From contig NC_092672.1 in assembly GCF_964355755.1 (NCBI RefSeq), positions 26,604,437 to 26,668,436 of the forward strand: a DNA stretch of 64,000 nt, written 5' to 3'. The position numbers and the translations under genes are program-made. Source of the DNA: Antedon mediterranea. Its lineage: Eukaryota > Animalia > Echinodermata. The notes beneath the pieces are model-generated. The model saw only the letters and a program-made list of their open reading frames with translations. It was not told the DNA's origin and searched no databases. Shown here one piece after another: positions 54,068 through 64,000 of the stretch. Positions within the stretch are counted from its first letter, which is position 1. Every line of letters starts with the position of its first letter.

Positions 54068-54135
54068 TTTTGGTACAATGTCTGGAATATGTCAACTTAC
54101 ACCTCATGGCTTTTTAGCTCCAGCACTCATTACAG
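54068..54135 (+). CDS. DNAJC11: DNAJC11 exon
   Basis: FGTMSGICQLTPHGFLAPALIT; phases fit. Confidence 0.75.
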
Positions 54136-54427
54136 GTAAATCATTTATAATTGTATATATCTGAAAGTTTGACCAACAATTTTTTTTTTTTTTACAATTG
54201 ACTACATTTGTAGAATTTGATTATATTTGATAACAATTCATATTCATCCTCTTCAAAAAAAGGGTGTCGTAGCTCTGTGGTTTTCATGCTATAGTCAATG
54301 ACCAATGGCCGTCGCAAACCATAGCTATACAATCGGCACAGGTTCAAGGTGTTTTGTATGATGTGTGTAAATTTCTGAATATTTGTAGGTGTAATGTATG
54401 AAGTGTGTTTTTATATGTTATACAAAT

Positions 54428-54748
54428 AATTAATAATAATATAATAATACCACATTTATATAGCGCCCTTTTCATGAGTAATCATGCTCACAGGCGCTTT
54501 ACAAGCATTATTACCCCAGTATTTTTTGGGATCAAACACGTATGGAAACATACTCCCATAATGCAGCCGGTAACCAGCGCAAAGTTGTGTCTAGATCTAA
54601 CTGGGTACCCATTTATACACCTGGGTGGAGAGAGGCAACGTAAGTAAAGTATCTTGCCTACGGATACAAGCAATGCGGCGAGAGTTGGATTCGAACCTAG
54701 GTCTGACGATCGGTAGTCCAACGTCCAACACACTGCGCCACACGCCCT
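54428..54748 (-). mobile_element. tRNA-derived SINE with L2-like 3' tail
   Basis: Minus strand has A box TGGCGCAGTG, B box GGTTCGAATCC, central CCACCCAGGTGTATAAATGGGTACC, and tail GCGCTATATAAAT..(TTA)n. Confidence 0.8.
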
Positions 54749-54832
54749 TACTTAATTAATGTCTTCCGATGTGAAAGGAGTTTTAATATAGAGAAGAAAG
54801 CTATAATTACCATGCGTTTTACTATTTTGTAG

Positions 54833-54957
54833 TCGTAGCCAGGCAGTTAGACAAACACACAATCGGCTACGTAACATGGAAATGGGGAATGCAGTCAGCC
54901 ATGACATCTATGTTGATACGTGACACGGCAAACACATGACTTGTCTGTCAGTTACAA
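54833..54957 (+). pseudogene. DNAJC11: DNAJC11 exon with nonsense codon
   Basis: VARQLDKHTIGYVTWKWGMQSAMTSMLIRDTANT*LVCQLQ. Confidence 0.85.
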
Positions 54958-55329
54958 GTTAGTATATGGTTTTAGTCAATTTTTTTTCTCTATGACATGT
55001 TACACCCTTGATAAATAGAATATACAGTAGGTGTATTTTATTAAAGACAATATCCCAAAGCAGGGAACATTTTCGCCAGTGTAGCGTAGCAAAAAGCTAT
55101 ACAAAACAACCTTATTGCTACACATTTTGAAAATTGTGTAGCAAAAAACACAATACAAAACTATGTTTCTCAACTTAAAAATCAGTTTGATTAGCAATAT
55201 TGCTAAACAAAATTTTTAAATGAAAATTTTCCCTGCAAAGTATGGTGAGGTGAGTCCCGTGTTCATTCTGAACATAGGGGAATGAGCTGTTCGGAGCTCA
55301 TTTTACTAAACCTCGACATTATGTGGTAG

Positions 55330-55477
55330 GGTGGCCAGTTCCTTTCCACGTCACCTTTTTTCTCGCTAGTATTTTCAACTAGGTACTCATTTACAGCTAA
55401 GTGGACTGGAAGTTGTCGGGAATTGAACCCGGATCTATCCGGTCAGGTGTCCTAACCACTCAGCTATCCAACTCCAC
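55330..55477 (-). mobile_element. Degraded tRNA-derived SINE
   Basis: Minus strand has A box TAGCTGAGTGG, B box GGTTCAATTCC, then GCTGTAAATGAGTACCT. Confidence 0.6.
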
Positions 55478-55765
55478 AAAGTATAGTATTCCTTAATAGA
55501 TGGAAAAAAAAAATTATTTTCACTCATAAAAAGACAAAAATAAATGGTTAAATTCAGCCAAAAACCTTGAAGCCAATTTGACTATTTTTTGATTGAAATT
55601 ACACCTTTTTCAGGTAAATATTTTTGGTCTAACTGAATATTAACTATTATGTGAAATTAAAATAGCATATATTTTTAAAAAAATGTTCAGAGGGATAATA
55701 TATCTTTAACAATTTACTTAAACATATCCCAAATTACTATTGTTTCTGTTTTTATTTTGTTACAG

Positions 55766-55848
55766 CTTGATATTCCATCAACATTTGCAAGTGTTAATCT
55801 AGTCAAGAAGTTTGAAAGTGATGAGGCAAAATTAAGTGTTTCTGCAAA
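55766..55848 (+). CDS. DNAJC11: DNAJC11 exon
   Basis: LDIPSTFASVNLVKKFESDEAKLSVSAK; ag/gtaag ends. Confidence 0.8.
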
Positions 55849-55859
55849 GTAAGCAAGTA

Positions 55860-56132
55860 TAGTCAACTCTGCCAATAACGGACACCCTTCGACTATGGCA
55901 GAATATGACTGGTTTTCCAAGACATTCTGGTATTCTGAATGTGTTTTTAATGGTTTAAAACTAGAATTTGGGTCAAGATACTGTAGTTTCCAGTTTTTAA
56001 AGCTGTATGTGACAACAAAATATGATATGGACATGATGTATGTCATATCACTACCATATTTGGGAATACTGTATTACACTAGTTTGATAGTGTAGACGGG
56101 CTTCAGGAGTCCGGTATGAGGAGAGTCGACTG
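55860..56132. mobile_element. pogo/Tigger-like MITE with a nested small MITE
   Basis: TIRs AGTCAACTCT and AGAGTCGACTG with TA flanks. The nested piece (TTTGATAGTGTAGAC) is shared with ~12890-12995, ~13395-13440 and ~50897-51030. Confidence 0.55.
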
Positions 56133-56636
56133 TAACATCTTGTAATAGAACAATAATATGATTAAATTTGATGAGAGGCAGACTGCATAGTTTGGTAAGA
56201 CCAATTATTACTATTAACTATTATGACCCACCTGAAAAGATTCATTTGATTGAAGGATTGTTGGTCACATAATTATTCAATGAACTACTCCAATGAATCC
56301 TTACATTATCAAGTGCAATTACGAGTTGTATTTTGCTATATCCACTTCATTCTTGTTACAATATGCATTTTGGTACTCATGACACAAGGCTAGGCTGTTT
56401 ATAATTGTTATACTCTGCATCCAAAATTGGAGTGCTGCTATTTGAATGAATGTGTTAAGCTGGCCTAGCCTCTCGTTTTAGCTGAATAAAATAATTTATG
56501 TTTTTATCTGCGCTTCATCTCATGAAAAAGAACCTTTTTTCATTCATCATCATTTATTTTTACCATTGCACTGATAATCATTCATTATTTGTATACTATT
56601 GTACAATACTGTATGTATATGTTTTATTCTTGAAAG

Positions 56637-56753
56637 GGCTGAAAGTTTTGGTGCTATGTTTGAATATGGTATTGAGAAGAAAATATCGCAGCACAGTCGA
56701 TTAGGGTCAAAGGTCACAGTAGGTGTACCTGTTGGAGTAACCGTTAAAATAAA
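56637..56753 (+). CDS. DNAJC11: DNAJC11 exon (last one present)
   Basis: AESFGAMFEYGIEKKISQHSRLGSKVTVGVPVGVTVKIK; gtaagt donor. Confidence 0.85.
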
Positions 56754-57305
56754 GTAAGTCACAAAACAATTAAGATTACATTTAGATGGTCACACTCTGT
56801 CCCTCTCCAACTAACCAATCATCTTTCACTATATATTTGCATCAATCCTTGGTACATAGTTATGATTCCAAAATATATTTTTATATCAGTACCTTTTCCT
56901 AACTATTTCTAAATTTCTAAACGAAGCAATTTACTGAATCTGTAAAGTATTTAATTTAAAGGTAAGTTGACATTTGTAATGTCAAAAACTGCATTATAGT
57001 TTACTGTCAAGTGATACTTTAGAGTTTGTGTTTACCATCTTGATATTACAACTTTGTCTCCTCCTCTTCACCAGGCCTGCAGCAGCTGCTAAGCTCACAG
57101 GTTTTCAGTTTCACTTGCCTGAAGCTTTGTTTCCACTTGAGGTTGATTAAATTTCTTCACAGGAATAGATCACTAAACTTGTATAATGAGTAAGGAACGC
57201 TAGCATATTTTGTATGTAATTTTACCCGGATAAACAAATCCATGCCATTGTTCATGTCACTGATTGTTACTCTTTTTATAATAGTTTTTTTATTGTTTTA
57301 AACAG

Positions 57306-57475
57306 GCCTTTTTTCGAAATGCGGCTTAAAAGTTGTAGGAGAAGATTCCGGATGCACAACCATGGATCGTGTGTTCCACGTGGCATGCTTTACATGTGCT
57401 ACCTGCAAGAAAAAGTTACGAGGACAGCCATTCTATGCCATGGAATCTAAAGCCTTCTGTGAGAACTGTTATATA
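57306..57475 (+). CDS. LPP: LPP/zyxin LIM1 exon
   Basis: LFSKCGLKVVGEDSGCTTMDRVFHVACFTCATCKKKLRGQPFYAMESKAFCENCYI. Confidence 0.85.
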
Positions 57476-58478
57476 GTAAGTGCTTATTAGTAACTGGTGC
57501 TCTCTAATATCCTGATATCTCTAAGTCTTACATTTATTGTCAACTTTCTCAAATCTAATGAATACCAAAAATTTGCGTTCAAAATGTCAAGAAATGATTA
57601 CCAAATCTTTAAAATGCATTCTCAAACAAAATTGAGTCCCATGGTTCAATGTTTTGTTTTCAGGGTTGATTTTAGAAATTTATTTTACTTTATCGTAAAA
57701 AAATTGTCTAAAATTGACCAGAGAACGGGTCTTTTATTTATGTGAGAATTATATTCAGTACCATAGAGAATCAAGAATTAACAAAGTAAAGTGAGTTCTT
57801 CTCTACTTTGTGTTCATATGAAAAATGCATAAAACATTTCCCATGTAAAAAAAATATACATTTTATGGATCTCAGTTAGTAAGAAACAACATGTAATACA
57901 TTTAATACATGTCACAAAGTTTATTTTAGATGGAAAAATAGCTACTGTACTCAAACACCCACTTTGTAAACACATATTTTAAGCCTACATATCACACACA
58001 CCAGCATTGTGTGTCAAATTTTCAATACATTAAAGCAAAATGTTTGTCATTCAGACCTGTAAAACCAGCCGAAAATGAAAAAGCTATCTCTCTAATATTA
58101 TGGTGCCCTTTGAAATTTGTTTTTGAAAAAGTTGTCATAAACATATTTAAAGACCAATTAATCTAATTTCTACAAGTTTTCATTAACAAAATGTTAAAAT
58201 ATCATAAAATGGGTAAAAAAACTAAGAATAGAAACATTCACCTGACAAAAGTTAATAACAGTTACACATAACAGCCTTTTTGCAGATTGTAGAACAGTCG
58301 GTTTGTTTTCATCTAGAAAGGGTGAACAACTGACTTACTAACCTAGAATTCAGTTCTCTATGCCACCAAGCTTTCACTAATAGCTAAGTTATTCAGTTAC
58401 CTAATCAAAATAACAACATTTATCTTCCTTTGTTTAGCAACAAACAATTTTATTTTTTTAAAACTTTGTATCTTGTAG

Positions 58479-58599
58479 GAAATTTGCTTCGCGATGTTCC
58501 GTTTGCTTACAGCCCATAATGCCAGAACAAGGACAAGAGGAGACGGTACGCATTGTTGCTCTGGATCGCAGTTTCCATGTTGATTGTTACCGCTGCGAG
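58479..58599 (+). CDS. LPP: LPP/zyxin LIM3 first-half exon
   Basis: [40 protein letters not shown]. Confidence 0.9.
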
Positions 58600-58942
58600 G
58601 TAAGTTTTATTTTGCACATGTTTCAAAAAAGAAATAAATCAACATTGAGATTGTCTTAACATTTCAATTGTTATGCTACAACTGCCTTCATTTTGGTGTA
58701 AAGAAAATCTGACTTTACCTATATTAATCAATTTTAAATTTTTTTTACATTATCTGTTAACATTTTTACCTTAAATGAGATAATTATTTAAAAATCCAGT
58801 GCGCATGACCAGTCATTACATGGTCAATTCCTACAATGCAACCAGTTGTCCTTCAAGTTAAACTTATCGCATTTGATTTGATAATCAGTTTGTCTCGAAC
58901 GGAATCGGTTAAACACTGTTTCCACAGAAACTATTGCCTGTC

Positions 58943-60401
58943 TGTCACACAGCCGCAACTACGGCTCTTTCGGACATGTAATTCCTGGTAACCACCGGTA
59001 AACAACGGTAAATAGCCACAGCTGTACACATATAAATGTAAAAAGGAAATTTAATAATCTTTGACAAACAATTCTTTCTTTTATAATCCAAACCCCCCCA
59101 AAAAAAAACCACAAAAAAAACCCAACCAATTCTCAAACAATGATAAAGTATCCCTATTCCCCACACACTTTATACAATTCCCCAAATTTCCCAATCCTTC
59201 CAGACAAAATATCAACAATCTTCTTTATGTCAAATAAATCCCCGAAACCCCCCTTTCAAATACAATAATATCACAAGATGAATAATTAAACAATAATAAA
59301 TGTCCACAATATTGTTCCTTCTTGCCTTCTCTCCTACGCTGACCCGAAAACAAATTAGAAAGATAAAAGTTAAAACGATTCTGCAACTAAACAACTCCCA
59401 CGCCTCTGCTCCCGTTCTGCTGGTACTCCCAATTATAATTCTTCTCAAACTGCAACTATTTTCTGACATATAAATAAATTAAATACAAAGTTAAAATGTT
59501 TCCTGATGTCGTTCTGTACTGCAATCCGCTCCCAGACCAATTATTTCTTTCTACGTAAAGTTACTCTTCAATATTTGCAAACAATTCTTTAAATGCAACT
59601 ACTTCTGCTGTTTCCAACAGTTATTTCTTCTGTCAATTTACATTCACAATTTCAATTAATCCTCAGTAATCTCAACAATTAACAGTTCTACATTTAAGTA
59701 CAGCCTTATAGTATTACTTCCAACTCACAATTTATTAACTTCATGTATATCACTTTATTTCCTTTCTGCTTCAGCTCTATATCACCATAATTATTTCCAA
59801 CTCACAAGTTATTAACTTCATGTAGGTGTATATCACTTTATTTCCTTTCTGCTTCAGCTCTATATCACCATAATTATTTCCAACTCACAAGTTATTAACT
59901 TCATGTATATCACTTTATTTCCTTTCTGCTTCAGCTCTACATCACCATAATTATTTCCAACTCACAATGTATTAACTTCATGTATATCACTTTATTTCCT
60001 TTCTGCTTCAACTCTATATCACCATAATTCAATTACTTCTTCTCCTGTACGTCTTAGTTTCTCATATCAATATTCACCTATCCCTTTCTGGCTTAACATA
60101 ACATAGCCCTTCTTCTCTGTCTCCTCTCAATTTCCATCTCCCTCAAAATTCCCTCAATTATACACATACCACCACCTTATCCTTCACCAATCAGCAACTC
60201 ACACACTAACTTAACTCTTACACCTCTCCTCCAGTCAGCAACCTCCACACAATCCTTCTCTGCAACACAAATACTCTGCTCCACTGGCTTCACACAATAG
60301 CTTCCTAAAACAAAAGAAAGGTTCAAATAGTGAAAACAAAGGGAAAGTAAGAATGAACTAGCAAAATATATACAGTATACAACTTTATGTCACTTGTGAC
60401 A
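58943..60401. mobile_element. Solo LTR (1459 bp) in an intron, with an internal 77-bp minisatellite
   Basis: Termini TGTCACA and TGTGACA; 5-bp TSD CTGTC (58938-58942, 60402-60406). Strong C/G strand skew. Four ~77-bp units at 59718-60028. Confidence 0.8.
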
Positions 60402-60677
60402 CTGTCGAAACAAGACCTTAGTATAGGTTAGCCTGGCATGATTTATGAACTCTCTGTATGTGCACTGCAATGCTAATGGAAACAACAATTTGGCGATGTA
60501 ACTCGTAAAGCAGCCTTTATTTTTCTGTTATTCATGCCTATTACAAAACTCAAGGTGGTTTGGTGTTTCAGACGCCATTTTGGCAGCCATATTGTATCGA
60601 ACTTTCAAATATAGTTCATTCCATTACACAGGAACATTCTGGTTATTTTGATACCTCATGTATAAATGCATTCAGTA

Positions 60678-61023
60678 AAAGATGTATTGTCCCCCTGAAA
60701 AAATAATTCTTAAACAATTTTTTGTTGAATATTACATTTTAATGTAACATAATAGTTATCCACTTTGACCAAAAATTATATCGAAAAATAATGTATGTAC
60801 CTGAAATAAAGGTAATTTAAAGCAAAAAATGGTCAAATTGGCTGCCAGCCAATGGATTTTGGTTAAATTTAACTATTTATTTTGTCATTTTATAAGTGAA
60901 AACATTTTTTTTTTTCTTTTTCTTTTTCTATGGAAATGATTAACTTTATTAAAACTACAAAATAACATATTCAAAGTCTGATTTAATTAATTTTTCATGT
61001 TTTTGGGGACAATACATCTTTAA
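60678..61023. mobile_element. Kolobok-like MITE
   Basis: TIRs AGATGTATTGTCCCC and GGGGACAATACATCT followed by TTAA. Related ends at ~39978-39997, ~40224-40245 and ~55690-55709. Confidence 0.6.
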
Positions 61024-61110
61024 AGGACCAAACATACAAACACTCTATTAATATCAGTACTATATTATTCAATAGAATAACAGAATGATCACATTTTCAT
61101 TTTTTAACAG

Positions 61111-61227
61111 GACTGTGGATTACAGCTATCATCAGAGGTTGACGGACAAGGTTGCTATTCATTAGACGATCACGTCTTGTGCCGTGAATGCAACGGAAAG
61201 AGAGTACAAAATCTTACAGCAATGTAA
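61111..61227 (+). CDS. LPP: LPP/zyxin terminal coding exon
   Basis: DCGLQLSSEVDGQGCYSLDDHVLCRECNGKRVQNLTAM*. Confidence 0.9.
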   Translation, partial: DCGLQLSSEVDGQGCYSLDDHVLCRECNGKRVQNLTAM

Positions 61228-61921
61228 ATTTAAAAGAAAAACCGGTGGTGTGTGATCTGTGTGATCACACGATGTATTTCATTCATGCTGTGATCTTATT
61301 ATGCAATCTGATCATGTGCTTTGATCGCATCAGACAATGTATTCCAATTAATGTCCTGGAATCATGTTATGTGATGTGATCTGTGTGTATTTCATTCATG
61401 TACTGGGAACACATAATAAGATCTGATGATGCGCTGTGCATCAGAACACATGATGTATTCCATTTCCAAGAAAAAACTGTGTTGTGTGATCTGTGTGATT
61501 TCATATGCTGTGATCATATTATGCGATTTGATCATGCTCTGTGATACAATCATGTGATAATACTCACATCTTTGTGACTCTCATCTGAATAACAGACACA
61601 TACTGTATAAATTAATTATGCCATATGAATATTTTATAACTAATTCTTTGCACTGGCTAAAATCGCTAAGCATTGTGGGAAATGAAGAAGCATTTTTTTA
61701 GGATAACTGACTGTATTTTAAAGTTTTTTTTAACTCTAACCGCTGTCTATAAAGGTTTAATTTTATTGTCATAATTATTAGAAAAAGGCAGGGTAAATGT
61801 TTAGTGTTATATTTGGCTGATTTAAAATATAGATATTTTAAAATGGTGCTTACTATAAATCATGTTGTTTAGCTGTTCTGCAAACCATCCAATTCTCAGT
61901 GCTGTATCTCCACATATATGA

Positions 61922-62036
61922 CCAGTATCAAGGGAAATTCCATAATACAGCATCTCTTATGTTTCATAGACAATTAAGGTCAAGTTAAAGGCTTCACATG
62001 AGATGCTGTATCATGGAATTACCCTATGATACTGGA
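61922..62036. repeat. Hairpin (MITE-like) in the putative 3' UTR
   Basis: CCAGTATCA.GGG.AATTCCAT.ATACAGCATCTC pairs with GAGATGCTGTATCATGGAATT.CCCT.TGATACTGG. Confidence 0.65.
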
Positions 62037-63834
62037 CAAATTTTGATAGAGTACAGATAATTGGCTGTGCAAACTACTTAATAATTTTAATAATATAAGT
62101 TAATCTTGTAGATGAAATTTTAATAGATGGCAAAATTTTAGACTTGAACAATTGTTAGAATAGGATCGTTTGTCAGTTTTGTACAAAGGAGTGAATTACA
62201 TTTGTGCTTTGCTTAGTAGGGAGCCTTTGATTTCAATACACAACATAGACATATTCACATGTTACGAGTTCTGATAAACTACCCCAACTTCTAAATTAAT
62301 GGTGGCTATAATATTGCTGATTTTATTAAATTAAATTGTTCTACTAAAGGTTCCTAACATTTTATTTAATACACTATGGTATTTGTGATGAAATTATTTT
62401 TCAGTTAGTTTCAGATTGATTTTAAAAACTTCATTTGGGGTTTTTTTACACTTTTTATCATTTCAGTAGGCAAATATGATTTCACTAAAATGTATTTTTT
62501 TGTTGTTTATTTGTACATTCTTTATAAACATGACACACTAAGTACTATTTTTTAACATTTTAAATTAAAGATAGTAAAATGAAAAATGATCTAAAATGAA
62601 CAAAAACTACATTGCAATGTATATACCACCAAAAAAATACATTTCTAACTTTCTATGAATCAATTTTTTAAAACTTTTTTTGTCAGTACTAAGTAAAAAC
62701 CATAAAATTATTTTATGTTAATTAAAAAATGACCGATAGCATCAATGTTTATTACCCCTACCCCTAAACTGAAGATCTTGCTAAATTTTTACAATTCTAC
62801 TATTCATATATAATGTGTACTAAAAGTAATACTGTGAAATAGTTTTTTTCCACATTCCACATTCAAAGGAAACAAAATTAATTATTTATTCTTTGTCCAT
62901 TAACAGTTGGGTATGACATCATGTGAATAATTGTTATTAGAAAAATGCTGCACTTTTTATAGAATTAACAAATTGTATATGATATGTTTTTATTTTTTAA
63001 AATAGCTAGCTTTAAATTAACAAATAAATGTTACTCACCTTTATTATTGTTTGTTTTTTTCTCTCTTCATTATACCCATTGTAGAACACAAAACTGCAAT
63101 GCGTGAAACTTATAATATTATTTGTCATTTATACAACATAGAAAGAATGAAATTGTAATTGGTTGAATTTAACATGCAATATATAAAGCATAATATCCAG
63201 TGATTCGAAAGAAATCTTCAAACTTGCTATTAAATGCATTAACAGAATTATAAACACATTTTTGTATCTATAGTGTTTAATACTACACAGAAATTAGGAT
63301 GTTTATTATTCGGGATCACAATAAAAACAGGTTACGTTATGTAGTATTTGTTGATATTTATTGTATTTCTGTGCCAAAATGATCATATTTTACTAATGTA
63401 AAATGTTTTAATACACAGTAGAACTTCTATTAAAGGGACACCTTCAGAACTAACCCAACAAATTGTCCTATGATGCTCGTAACTAAGTATTACATTTGTC
63501 AATTCTTATGGACAGTTTTTTAAACAATATACAATTTGTGGTGTGGTACATGGCTATCAGAGGCGGATCCATTCCAGCATCACTGACGGAACCAAGAATT
63601 TTGAAGAAAATACTAAATTTATATACATATATAGATTGTGAGCAGACCTCTTGCTGTTTCGGTCGGTTTAATTCACTTTGCTATTGGAAATGCACGGAAT
63701 TATTTAATTAGTTATGTGTCATTTCGATTGGATATGTGCATTTGGACCTGCTAAACCTGATTAATAAAAAAAAAATAAAAAACGATTTTGCATACAATAC
63801 AGAAGGTCTTTTTAAATTGAGACGGGTTGGTGAA

Positions 63835-64000
63835 TTTTGTCCAAGATGGGGAAATTTCTGTCCAGAATGGGGAAATATTTTTTCAAGAATAAGAACAATA
63901 GCGATAGGTGGCGCTATAATCGTGTCCAAGATGGGGAAGCTGTCCAATATAGAGAAATCCGATTTGTCCAAAATGGGGAAATTTCTGTCCAAGATGGGGA
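63835..64000. repeat. Short tandem motif TGTCCAAGATGGGGAA, probably subterminal repeats of a DNA transposon cut by the window end
   Basis: At least five copies visible. Confidence 0.55.

Larger units (their letters stand above)
49261..56753 (+). pseudogene. DNAJC11: DNAJC11 (mitochondrial J-domain protein) partial, disabled copy
   Basis: Nine AG/GT-bounded exons match DNAJC11 ([13 protein letters not shown]; RAIYDIYG; EERRLQQ.TNP.G; EYG.EKKIS.HS). In-frame TGA at 54937-54939, a broken exon at 51744, and no first or last exons found. Confidence 0.85.
57306..61227 (+). pseudogene. LPP: 3' exons of an LPP/zyxin-family LIM gene, LIM2 exon missing
   Basis: Three exons match LPP/TRIP6/zyxin LIM1 and LIM3. 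No 5' exons. The first LIM1 Cys is replaced by Phe, and the exon phases are incompatible without the LIM2 exon. Confidence 0.8.

Noticed and set aside
54670-54748. tRNA gene
   Set aside because: The A/B boxes continue into a SINE body and LINE-like tail, and there is no convincing cloverleaf.
54937-54939. Selenocysteine or readthrough TGA in DNAJC11
   Set aside because: The position is not a conserved Cys, and other lesions point to pseudogenisation (probably CGA>TGA).
56637-57475. Functional DNAJC11-LIM fusion protein
   Set aside because: Splice phases are incompatible, there is an upstream nonsense codon, and the LIM2 exon is missing.

Overview
AT-rich, repeat-dense metazoan DNA, probably from a marine invertebrate or deuterostome, with GT-AG introns. 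It is not prokaryotic. The main gene is an intronless ORF encoding a stonustoxin/verrucotoxin-type MACPF-CDC pore-forming module fused to two FN3 domains, a septin/AIG1-like P-loop GTPase and a Cys/His-rich coiled-coil tail (about 1274 aa once reconstructed). It is split by a young Gmr1-type Ty3/gypsy LTR retrotransposon (18840-26666; PR-IN-RT-RH order; 5-bp TSD GTAGT; tRNA-Leu PBS), whose 3' LTR carries a nested hAT-type MITE. Left of it are two Academ-like long-TIR foldback elements, the first holding RTE and L2 LINE fragments. Right of it are Helentron/HINE-type repeats, a Penelope element with an inverted pLTR, a near-perfect ~480-bp palindrome, and a 7.7-kb array of 88-bp hairpin monomers that flips orientation about 15 times. 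The window ends with a decayed mosaic of DNAJC11 internal exons followed directly by LPP/zyxin-family LIM exons, with a solo LTR in one intron. All coordinates and counts were read by eye.
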